DNA of 62,966 nucleotides, the filler included, from Rhabdomonas costata (lineage: Eukaryota), in assembly GCA_019059605.1 (NCBI GenBank). It is 27 parts of 27 records of this genome, joined end to end, with 100 filler letters (N's around TTAATTAATTAA, not from the genome) between each part and the next. Parts side by side here need not be neighbours in the genome. Positions count along the whole stretch, not along the records: positions 37,397 to 39,631 come from JAHMHO010004643.1; positions 39,732 to 41,961 come from JAHMHO010004644.1; positions 42,062 to 44,296 come from JAHMHO010004645.1; positions 44,397 to 46,631 come from JAHMHO010004646.1; positions 46,732 to 48,965 come from JAHMHO010004647.1; 22 more parts are not named here. One strand, 5' to 3'. The notes under the pieces are model-generated. The model had not been told where the DNA came from, did no database searches, and saw only the letters and a program-made list of their open reading frames with translations. The translations under genes were made by a program, and so were the position numbers. Positions 37,420 through 48,703 of this stretch are shown here, piece after piece; positions within the stretch are counted from its first letter, which is position 1, and the number at the start of each line of letters is the position of its first letter.

Positions 37420-39542
37420 GGGCGCGGATCACAGGCTACCACGCAAAGTTCGGAGGTGAACTCAGGCGGGACTTCAGCCGAGGGGCCCTCCTCCGCGCTG
37501 CCCAGCAGCAGGGCTTGCGCTGCCCAGGCCTCCAGGGGGTCCCCACAGCCCCACCGGATGGGTTGCCGCAGCACCACCTCCCGCACATCGGCCACACAGC
37601 TCCGTAGAAACCCGCGGAACCGCACCGCAAAGCCCCTTCCTGTGCCCTCGTAGCTGCACGAAAGGAAGGCGGGGCAGGTGGGACTGTCCACGTCTGCTTT
37701 CAGTCTGATTACATGGGTCTCCCCAAATTGAGATGAACTGTGCAAACGGTCACCTTATTTCGGACCGAAAAGGTGACTTAGTTGGCCGGGGGACACCATG
37801 GTCACGCGGGACCGAGCCAGGGAGACCTCACAAGGACCTCAAAATGTGTCAGCAGCATTTTTGTCGAAGAATTCCACACGTCAAATGTGCCCCCCTTAAA
37901 GTAAAAAGGCTGACAGGTCAGGAAGAAGTAGGGTGCGGGCAGTGTAATAGCCACTCAAAAAGGCAGCTAAGTCTCTCTAGTCAAGGTCGAAGCATGGACA
38001 AGAAGGGCATGCCCGTGAACAGTGGTAGCAAAGCTAATTTTGGGGCATGCCCTGACCAAGGCCTTCAGTGTGTCGACGGGAAGAACAGCAGCCTCGGCGA
38101 CGAGGACCAGGTCCACAGAGCGGGCATTTTCCTGTGAAACGCAGCGAGCATGAAGGTCTGGCTGCGCCCTGGAAAAGAGCTAAAAGCAAATGCCCAGCAG
38201 TATTGCAAAAATGACCAGAGAGTTAACAATTAACTGGGGCGATGGATATAGCACAAAAAAATGCCCAGTGTGAATCCAACTCCAGCCAGGCACTGAATTC
38301 TCAAGACGTCGTTTATCCCTTGGTCCACAACATGTGTGAATCGTGCTCCAAAGTATCAAACCGCAACAATGACACTCGAAGAATCGTTTGATTACAGACC
38401 TTCAGCAGCACATCATACGGCAGCAACAGCTGGACGCGGTCATGGACATCACCAATGAGCGGCTCTACGACAGCTTGGATGTTGCCTAAAACGTCCTGCA
38501 CAGCAAGCAAAAACTCACTCTTGGGTGCAGTTTCTTCTCACACCCTCCACCCCGTCCGCCCAGCCTGCGTGCATCCCTCCCACAATCCAAAGACCTGATT
38601 TTTTAACCTGCCGCAACCACGTTGCCCTATTCCACAACATGAGTGATAGAACCCGACAACCTCGGACGGAGCCACAAGCGCAACACTGGATATTCCAGTG
38701 ATCATCGGATCCCTTGTCAGCAGCATGGCAGCCAGGCCCAGTGCCGTGGACTTCCCCCGGCCACGGTCCGCAAGAAGAAGCACGACCTCACACGAGGTTC
38801 GTCTACCACGCGAAAAACCGCACAATGAAACAAAAATATGGGGCATCAGCTACCCGTCACCACTGAACATTTCGGTGAGAATTCTTGCTGCGGAATCTTT
38901 GATGGTTGACGATATGAGGGGAGGTGCATCTTTGAACAATGCCCTGCTGGGATCACGGTTTTAGCCACGGTTTTATGCAAACTTGTGCAGTGATGAGGAG
39001 ACCATCCCATAGAGACAGCATGCCCTTCCATCAGGAGGCCAACACAGTTTTGTTTCCTGCGTGTTTGTGTGCTGCCTACTTGTCCTTGCGGGGTTTCCTA
39101 AGGAAACTGCCGATTTTCTTATGTTCCACTTTTTGAGCAAACACGCTGTAATTCTATAAATGGCAAGAGCTAGCTTGACGAACATTACTCAGAGAACCTG
39201 CAAGGAGCGCAGGAAGGCCAAAAGGGAACAGAGACCGAAAAGATATTGGGTCGCACACCATCTCACCGGAGGTCTTTTAACTGCAAGTATTCTTTTTTTC
39301 AATTTCGTTTTCGTTTTTGACAAAACTTTTTTATTCCAAAACAAAATCCTCCTGTAAAAAAATCTCTCCTGGAAATTAAAATTCAAAGGTGAAGAGGCTG
39401 GGCCATGTTTTCCAGCACCTTCCTTGAAATGGCCGCGAGCGATCAGTTCTGCAAAGCCCGAGCTGCAGCAGCGCCTCAACAGCTTGCAGCTGGTCCTCAG
39501 TGGCCGCGCGCCTGCGTGCTTCAGCAAGAAGAGCGGGCAGAA
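37420..39542 (-). CDS. tmcA: Prokaryote-type tRNA cytidine acetyltransferase TmcA, helicase-domain part (exons 39542-39419, 38802-38661, 38495-38400, 38131-38013, 37653-~37420)
   Basis: TEDQ, ADRGRGKSTALG, LVAEAAVLP, FATTVHGYEGTGRGFAVRF and LRQPIRWGCGDPLEAW; all four introns are phase-consistent. Confidence 0.88.
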
Positions 39543-39860
39543 CTGCGGCAGACGGGTTCACTCCCAGCGGCCCGGAGAATGAAGAGGAAAGTGACTCGCC
39601 AGCCCCATCGGTAAAACTGCACAAAAAAACCNNNNNNNNNNNNNNNNNNNNNNNNNNNNNNNNNNNNNNNNNNNNTTAATTAATTAANNNNNNNNNNNNN
39701 NNNNNNNNNNNNNNNNNNNNNNNNNNNNNNNTGGGGTTCCGAGTCGGTGCGGGGCAGTTTTGTTGTTCAGGGGGATCGAATTAGTCCCCCACCCCCAATT
39801 CTCCAGCTTCCTGAGATGCAGTTTTCCCAACCCTGATAATTCACACTTGTTTGCTACCAG

Positions 39861-41945
39861 GTGTTTTCTTCGCTGAGCACCGAAGTTACGAACGGGGCCA
39901 CGTTGGTCGACGCCTTCTCTGGAACGGCCCTGCTGCTCCTGCAGGGCGCGAAGGTGGGCTTTGGCTACTCCTTTGCCGAAATCTACAACGGAAGCACCTC
40001 AACGATGAGCATATACGGAATCGATCCCCAAACCGCGAAGGTCATTTATCCGGAGAGTCGGTGCTATTTCGGAATGTACCTGTGCGACGTCCCATGGCCA
40101 GACCTTCGCCAAATGCCCGATTTTAAGCTCGCCGCAACATTGCCGGCAGGTGAGATGGCCTGGGGCTCGCTGCTGGTTGCCCTTTCTGGGGACACGTACA
40201 TCAGTCTTGTGACTCCCATCCGAGAAAAGGTCTTTTCTCTTTTGCTTTTTTTTGTAGCCCTGCGGGCACGCATTGTTCATAAGGTTGCGCAGTGGCTGTG
40301 AGGAAGCCTTCGTGACTCATGGCAACCACCACGAGGCCACAGTTGTTGGAAAGTTACCTTTACCCCTTGACTCGATGTTTTTGTTAGCTCTTCCAGGTGT
40401 TCCAGGTTTTTGGAGCCCTGCGGGCTGGCATTGTTCGTGATGTTGTGCAGCGACCGGCGTGAAATTTAATGTTTTTGAGTGGCAGAGGCTTGCGTTTTAC
40501 GTCGGACCCCTGCCTTAGCCCTGCTTAGCTGCTCTGAGAGTGGGGTTCCCACTGTAAATTCGCTCTAAACCGCGCCATGAACTTTCCCACTGTCCCTCTC
40601 TTTCTTTCTTAACCGCCGCTTGTCTTTGGTCTACCTGGGCATCACTCCCCTCTCAGTCACTCACAACTCTGTTCCCCTATTTCCTTTCTTTCCTCTCAAC
40701 ACTCGCACCAGCGACCACACGCTGCCCCCTCTGCCGTCACGCCTCCTTTTTTGTTCTTGCCTCTTTTGGCATTTCTGCCAGTGCTTCGCCTCCTGCACTG
40801 TGATTCTGTAATGCTGTGAAGATTTCCTTCTCACTGTAGGGTCAAATGACATCCAAAAGTCGTGTGGGATCAGGGCAGCATATCATACGGACACTGAAGG
40901 ATGACAACAAAGTAAGCAGAGTATAAGAGAGGCGATCAAGGTTTTGCAAGGTACAAAGGTTGCAGGGAAGGGTGGTGCAAGTATCCGCCTCGAATGGCAC
41001 TGATGTATGTTTGTTACCTTAACATTGCAAACGCAAACGATGTGAGATGAGTTGCTGCGTCCCGGGACAAAGAACATTGCAACAAAGGCAAGCTTATACG
41101 AAAGAAAAGTTATCTCCTTCAACAGTAAAGCAACGAGGTTAAATTGGCATGGGGTTCCATGCTGTCAAACTGGGACAGATATTCTAAGTGCAGCGTTTGC
41201 AGGGCTTCGGTCGCGGAAAGGTTCCTGGTGTTCCTCCTGAATTTTTCTCTTTTGCCTATGTTGTTCAGGAGGCTCCGTACCGCTTGCAGGGGATGATGGA
41301 GCGAAGCCTGTTCCTTGCGGCCTTGCATTCCCTGCTGGCCTCTGTGGTGAGCCGGACGCCTGGGCAGATGATGTACGTGGTGGACCTGTCAGGCACCGTG
41401 GTGGGGAGCAGCCATGGGGGCAACATGGTCTGCATGCACGTCTATTTCTTGTTTGGTAAAGACATCACTCACATACACACATTTTGACGTGATTGTGTCG
41501 ATTTTATACGGGTGCAGATCGTCAGATCGATGCATGGCCCAGCAAAAGAGGTCAACCTTCTTTTCTTGCGTCAAATAAGGAAAAGGGAGGGGGTCTTCTG
41601 CAAGGAAACTTTGCGTCTGAATACATTGTCGTTGCATATGATTATAGGAGCTTAGTATGCCCCAATTTTTAATCGGGTTTTAATTGGCTTGGGAGGGTGT
41701 CTGGAAAGGGGGTCCCGGGGACAACATCCCTTAGATTGATTTGTTATCCTCGAAATTGTAAGTGCAAGGGGGTGCAAAAATATAGGGATTTTCATACTGG
41801 TTGGTTTTTCCCTCAGAGCACTCCTGTTCTAAACGTCCTGAACTTCAGTCTTCCCGCCGTGAGTCAGTCCGCGAAGTGGTTGCTGCAGCGGCATGGCAGC
41901 TGGTCCGCAGTGGCCAGCAATGCCTCGGGCTACAGCTTTGTCCCG
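39861..41945 (+). CDS. Internal exons (39861-40229, 41269-41427, 41817-41945) of a probable receptor extracellular Cache-like domain
   Basis: Phase-0 GT-AG splicing; MMYVVDLSGTVVGSSHG resembles the Cache y-i-v-D..G.l-i-a motif; several NxS/T sites. Confidence 0.5.
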
Positions 41946-43258
41946 GTTTCCACACACTCGANNNNNNNNNNNNNNNNNNNNNNNNNNNNNNNNNNNNNNN
42001 NNNNNTTAATTAATTAANNNNNNNNNNNNNNNNNNNNNNNNNNNNNNNNNNNNNNNNNNNNGTCAGTGGTTTCGTGTGTGCCTGCGAGTCGAGGGTGTTG
42101 GGGGTCGGGTTCTGGGGTTGGTGAGGTTGGGTTCGTGGCTTTGAGTTGGTGGGTTACAGTGCTTTGTGAGTGCGTGTGTGTCTGCGAGGCGAGGGTTTCA
42201 TGGGTTCGGCATTCTGGGGTTGGGGTTGGGTTCCTGTTTCCGTTGTTTGCTGGGTTCCGTCGCCCAACCATCCTCAACTCGCAGACACTAACCCTCTTAC
42301 CTTCTACGCATTCTTGGGTGCAAGGGATGTAGGGATGATGCATGACTGTACTGCCTTGATGTGTGATGGATGTGAGAGGGGTATTTCATGCTTTCTTGAG
42401 GTCACGGTTTCAGAGGGTAGGGTGGATTTTAGGACGTAGGGGTATCTTGGCATTCCTACCTGCGGTGCCAGAACCCACTACTACGGCAAGACCGCGATGC
42501 ACTCTTGCCTTCGTGACCTTCCAAGGATGCCTTCTTTTATGCGTAGGGGTATCTTGGGGTGTAGAGGCATTCCTATCGCAGATGCCTTCACTGCTCGGTC
42601 ATGCCTTCGTGCCTCAGACATGCCCTCGATACCCTGATGGTGGAATAGCCGATGCATACGTTCCTCGACTTGGGGACACTTACTACTACGGCATGCCTCG
42701 GTACCCTCGACATGCCTACGTGGGATGTAGGAGGAATGGACCGCCTTATGGCGGGGAGTGACGACCAGTGGAGTAAAGCCATGATGCCCGCAAGGGGGAT
42801 TCTTTGCTGTCGTCAGGATGCCTCCCTCCGGTCGTCATCCTTCCTCCTAAATGTGATGGTTCCTGCCCCTGGGTGGGAAGGGTGGATTTAAAATGGCAAG
42901 TCATGCCCGAAAAAAAATGCAAAACAACAACAACCACAAAACAGACAACGTGCAGTTGCAACTTTTGCTGCCCCCCCGTAGGCCCCCGACCACGAGGGTG
43001 AGGGGGGGGGGTTACATTGGCCCACCAGGAAAGTTACCCGACAACACAATCCACTGTTCAGTTGCAAAGGCAGTTCACGAGTTCACGACCTTTTCCTTGA
43101 CCTCGCGGTAGGCCAAAACACTACAAAAGCCGTCGTCAGGGAAGAAAAAGGGTTTTAACGAACCAGTGAAAAAACTTAAATAAAAACACATGGTGTCAGG
43201 CTAATTCACGCTGTGCGGTTACGGTTGTGGAGACGGACAACAAAAAAGCCACAAGAAC

Positions 43259-43956
43259 CTGGGGCATGACTCGAAACTCTTTCAGCAGAAACTCATGCCC
43301 CAGAGTAGTCTGATCGATCATGTCAACGAAATGAGTCGTGGCTTCGTCGTGCATCACCCAGCCTCCATTCGCAAACCCCAACTGCCCACTGCAAGAAGGA
43401 AGACTGAGGATATCCCCAGTGAACTGACGGTGGTGAACCAACACAGCGAAACTCAGGACACACCTTTCCACTAAACCGCGGACTTTATTTTTTGTCTCAG
43501 CACTTTGCCTCCGCCACCAAATGTTAAAGAAGGCTTGCTCCTGAACAAGGCATGACACAGGTTGGACTGGTTGGAAGAAGTGAAAACAAAAAAAATTAAG
43601 TAAAAGAAAAATTGGCACTAGTACCACATGCACAAATTTCCGCTGCGCATTATGCAAAAGCGCTTGCACGACACTGTCGAGGATGCAATTGGTGCAGGCG
43701 TATTGGATCGTATTGTTGCACCCTACAACAAGTGAGGAGAAAGTGCAAGCGTCCGAAACACCACCATAACACCATAGGATCAATGATTGGAACCTAAGAA
43801 AGCACCTGTGGCGTACTGATCGACGGTCTTCAGCCAACCGACATCGTCATGAGAATGGCAAATGATGTGAACGTGTAGTTTCTCAGGGGAGCCAGAAATC
43901 GAAATGCAGGCAGCAAACAAACTCAAGATCACAGTGACGAACGAAACCCTGGGCAT
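43259..43956 (-). CDS. GH38 lysosomal-type alpha-mannosidase, first four exons (43956-43806, 43722-43625, 43540-43464, 43388-43259)
   Basis: Signal peptide, [32 protein letters not shown] and [25 protein letters not shown]. Confidence 0.96.
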
Positions 43957-44473
43957 TTTTGTGCACAAAAAGAACTGAAAAAGAGAGCACTGTTGGCAGA
44001 CGAGTTGTTCACTTTGCTCGACAACCTGATCCTCAACCCCACCACCGAGAACACTTACCTGCTGCTTGTCTTCCCCCGTCTCATACTGGCCCCGTGTTCT
44101 CGAGGTGGGCGTCGGCATTTCCCGCCAGGATCCTCGGGGGGCCCTTTCGGACTGGCTCCCCGTCATCTCCTCCCAGATGCTTCGGATACCTGCCTCAACA
44201 GTCTGGCCAGGTTTTGCTCAGCCTTCGCTTCGGGGTCGCTCCCAGATTGTTGTCGCCTCCTTTGCGATGCTCGTTTGATCGGTATACCCAAACCCCNNNN
44301 NNNNNNNNNNNNNNNNNNNNNNNNNNNNNNNNNNNNNNNNTTAATTAATTAANNNNNNNNNNNNNNNNNNNNNNNNNNNNNNNNNNNNNNNNNNNNACCT
44401 GCCATGTGCCTAGCGGACATCAAGTCGAGCAACGCGTCAGACAATGCACATGTTGTTTGCAATCTGTGTTCAG

Positions 44474-46631
44474 GGATTCGACATATTCGGAGGGATGGGC
44501 GGATCAACGAGTGGAAGGCCACCGGCAAGCGGAACATCAGTAAAGCGGCTTCCAACCAGAGACAGGTACGACGACCTTCCCGTGCGGTGCGGTGCGGTGG
44601 GGGATCCGTTTTTGCCCACCATTCTACGTTTGCTTTCGACGAGATAATTCCTCAGATTGGCTTGCAAGTGTTTTGGGTCAAGCCACTGCCACCATCATCT
44701 TTGTTTGTTTAGCCCGTCTCCCTTTTGTTCGCTTTTCCCGTTGCATATCAGAAACTGCCCAGTTCCCATCTGTTTTACTGTGCATTGCTATAGCAGCTGG
44801 GACACTCCTTTCTGCGCCGTGCCTGGTCAGTCAAATTCGACCTGGTTGTGGTGGCTGTGCTCTCAATGCCTACTTGTCCCTTGTTTCGCTTAGAAACCTC
44901 ATCTTGTGTCTCAGGTGGTGATCGCCCAGGGGCAGGAGGTGGTATACTTCGAGTTGGACGCCGGTGGTGGCCTGATCGATATTTCCAAGCAGGACTTGGG
45001 GCAGGACGCCCTGTGCCTGGACGTGGGCCCCGTTCCCGAGGGTGCTCAACCGCTCTCTTCCACCCCGAACTTCTTCCTTTTACCGCCTCTCTCCCGGTGG
45101 GAAATATTTTAGCACATACCAATTTCGTGAAGGGCTACTTCATGGGGGATGGAATGGCGTGCTTTAGGCCCACATTATTTTTTCTTCTTGCACGCTCTTT
45201 GTCGCTGCTCTGCAGTGGGCTTGTTTTTGCACCTGCCCTCCATTGGTCCGTTGGAGTTCTTTCTTTGTGGTTGAATTTGTGTGTTTGGTGGTACTTTTGT
45301 GTTTGTGCGCGCGCCAAAAGCTACTGTCCATTTTTGACATTTTCCAGAGGTTGCTTGGATTCATACTTCAATCCCTGCCTGCCCATGTCAGTTGTCGTCA
45401 TTCCTGAGTGGCACGTGGCGACACCCATGATGCCTGTGGCTTCTCCATTTCCCCATCATATGATCGCTTCATTCTGCACTTCCGGTTTTTCCTTTGCTCT
45501 TGTGGCCTCTGTGTGGTGCTCCCTTAGGGAGGCAGCGGTCGAAGTTCCTTGTGGTGGGGTTCCCGGACCGCAGCGTGCGGGTGCTTTCGCTGGAGCAGGA
45601 CCTCACCCCACTCTCCCGCCTGGTGTGCACCGTGGAGCCCGAGTCGGTGATGCTCGCCACCATGAAAAGCGAGAGCGGAGAGGTCAGCCCTTCCCCCTCC
45701 TGCCCCCTCCTGCCGTCCCGCTCCTCACTGGCCACCTGCCCGTCTCAGCGAATTGCAGTATGCAGACCCTCACGGCAATTGTAAACATGGAGGTATCCGG
45801 TGCTCGTACTGGCGCAGAAATCAATTCACAAGTGTGAGCTTTGCAGCACCCGGGAAATCAGGTTTTTGACCGCAGACACGGATATCGTCTTCTAGTTTGG
45901 AGCACAAGATGCGACCAGTGCGTGGAGGATCTGATTTGTCTGGGGCCATAAATGGCGCATCCCTAAACCCTAGGTCCAAGACAACACCTACCTCTTTGTC
46001 GGGCTGAACAACGGCTTCTTCCACCGCTGCACGGTGGACCCCATGAGTGGGCAGATCTCCGACCAGCGTACTCGCCTGTGTGGGGCAAAACCAGCGAAGC
46101 TGATCAAAGTTCGAGCCCAGGTGTGTACAGCAGGGAGGGATGCATCTTGCTCTGCCCGTCAATTTGTAAAAGCACCGTGACGTCAGATATGCAGGGCAAG
46201 TGTGGTTCGGCCAACTGTGTGAGATGTGCCATGCTTGTGAGCAGCATATGAGAAGCATTGAGCTCGTCGTCGCGGGCATAAATTTGGGGAAATGCTCGGT
46301 TCGATCTTCAGCCTGTGGCACACTGTCTCTCTGGAAGCTTTTCTGCGCCTACACTGGAGACACTTGAACACTCGAGTACTGTTGGCACCCACTGGTTATG
46401 AGTTTTTTCTTTGTCTCAGTCACGCAGTCGTGAAGATGCTGAACATTGCTTTGCATAGATGATCTTCCTTGTCACCTTTGCTCAGGGCCAAAACGCAGTG
46501 ATGGTGCTGTCCAGCCGCAGCTGGCTGTGCTACACTGTGAATAGCAAGTTCATGATCACCCCGCTGGGCACGGAGATGTTTGGGTTTGCTGCGAACTTCG
46601 CCTCCGAGCCCTGCCCCGAGGGTCTGGTGAC
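44474..46631 (+). CDS. SF3B3: Splicing factor 3B subunit 3 (Rse1), 5 internal exons
   Basis: GIRHIRRDGRINEWK, NQRQVVIA, RSKFLVVG, GLNNG...VDPMSGQISDQRTR and LSSRSWLCY...FASEPCPEGLV; four GT-AG introns. Confidence 0.96.
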
Positions 46632-47074
46632 NNNNNNNNNNNNNNNNNNNNNNNNNNNNNNNNNNNNNNNNNNNNTTAATTAATTAANNNNNNNNNNNNN
46701 NNNNNNNNNNNNNNNNNNNNNNNNNNNNNNNAGAAACCCGGCCCCAGAGCGTCGGGTACACTTCCGGCCGGAACAGGCCGCGCAGGAATGGAACCGCAGA
46801 GGCTTCCCAACCGCAGCAGGTGTTAGCCACCACCGGAGCCTTCTTTGTCGCAAGAGGCCGAGTGGCTTTTTTCTGGGCACACCTTCTCGTGCACGCCAGA
46901 CCGCAGGGAAGGCCGAAGTTGGCTGAGAGCTGAAGCTCGTTCACGGACAGGTCAACAGCGGGTGTGTGTGAATATGTGTGTGTGCGCGCTCGCTGGGAGG
47001 AGGGAGGGTCCGAAAAGTTTAGAGATGTAGAAGAAGGTCTCGAGAAAGTGAGTGAGAGGGGGGGCGGCCTGACC

Positions 47075-48703
47075 CCGAGCTGCGCGGCACTTCACAAGGA
47101 ACTCGTCGCGGGTGCGGCTGTCCTTGAGGCTGAGCTGGTAGGTGACGTACGGCTTCTGCTCCACTGAGAACTCTTCATGGTCCCTGTGGCCATCCCCCAT
47201 CGCCCTGCCCTCGAGGAGCTTCCAAGGTGCCTTCAACATGCGCAGCGACGATAAATCACCTGCATTGTGCCATGGGCTGGAGTCTCTCCAACTGAAAACA
47301 ACCAGACGCCACTTTGTGACTACGCATTTTGGCAAATGAAGGAGCCCAAAATCTTCTATCAGGTGGTGAAACTAAAACGGTGGCAAAAGTCAACCAAACC
47401 CATAGAAACCCGACTTCTGTGGCGAGGAACCCTCAGTTAGGATGGATTGGACAGGGGATTTGCAAGCCATGCGTCTCTGTCCGCATGGGTTTAAGACACG
47501 CCGAGGAAAGGGTGGGATGGATCGGGAGGGGGGCATCTCGAGCCTTTCGCAAAGAGTCTTGAGATTTAACGTGATGCGCTCCTGAAAATCTTCAGCCAGG
47601 GAGGGGTCGAAGACAAACTGGAACTCCCCAAGGACGTAGCCGCGAAGAAAATCAGGTAAGTACAGCTTCGCTGGCAGAGAAGCCTTAGAAAGCAAGGGCC
47701 ACGGAGTTGCTGGGTGTGGAAATAGAAAAAAACCAGACGAAGCTGGCAGTCTCACTACGCCATCTCAGCAAGTGAGCAATGATCCGTGTTGCAACTAGAA
47801 TCAGAAAGTTTTCTTGCAAACTCTGTTCAAAACTATACAGAGGAAATGGGAAGCTCAATTTTTGCCATCCTCAAGAAAACTTCCATCAAAGCTGGGTCTT
47901 TTACAGCCCAGCCTTGATTCGACACTTGAAATGAAGTCGCCGGAGGAGCAAGGAGGGGATACCGCGGAGGAGGAAGAGGGTGCAGCCCGAGGGGGGAAGA
48001 AGAAGTGGTTTCCGCATTTTATGGCCAGCCGCAGCTTATGGGGGAAGCGGGAAGCCTGGGGTAGCAGCTTTTTGAGGTAGTAGTCCAGCTGGCCTGCAAG
48101 ATGGTGCCGCAGACATCGTGAAATGGCTAGAGGAACCAGAGCTGTCACCCAAAAACTGGACCACATAAGGGCAGCCAAAATATGTCTTGAAAAGTGCGTT
48201 TCAAATGAATTTTCTTGAGTGAAAACTTTCGACATCACATGGCACCGCCGTTGCTTGTCCTGGGTTACCTCACTCTAGAGTGCCTACAGGGAACTTCCCA
48301 GACCACCCCCCTTGTTCTCCTTCCTTCCTTGGCGTTCAGTTTGCCTCGTGCATTCCGTTGTTTGATCCCTTAGCAGGTTTCCCACCTTGATCGTTTGTGT
48401 TTCCCGTCGTCGTTGGCTCTGTCTGTGTTCTCAGCTTCAGCGTTTCCTTAAAGACAACTGGGCAAGGCAAACCCGTGAACTGCTCGGCAAAGCCGACAGC
48501 ATCGAAGATCGCCCCGCTGAACGTACGAGTGAAGGGGACGTCCGGCCCAAAGCGCAGATGGTACCGCTTGGGGTTTTCCTCAATTCTGTCCCCAGACTGC
48601 ACAAGCACACAAACACGACCCGAATCGGAGAAACCAGAAAAAACCGAACCAGAAAAAATGCTCGAGTTACGCACAGCTGCCACCAGATTAGGGTCAATAT
48701 ACC
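47075..48703 (-). CDS. Several exons of an unknown protein (phases not fully resolved)
   Basis: GC3-rich AG/GT-flanked blocks such as QLDYYLKKLLPQ, KLYLPDFLRGYVLGEFQFVFDP and VEQKPYVTYQLSLKD. Confidence 0.4.

Noticed and set aside
44848-45837. 329-aa ORF and other long track ORFs (e.g. 14145-14894 minus, 31344-32102 minus)
   Set aside because: Off-frame or antisense shadows across real exons and introns, with no recognisable motifs
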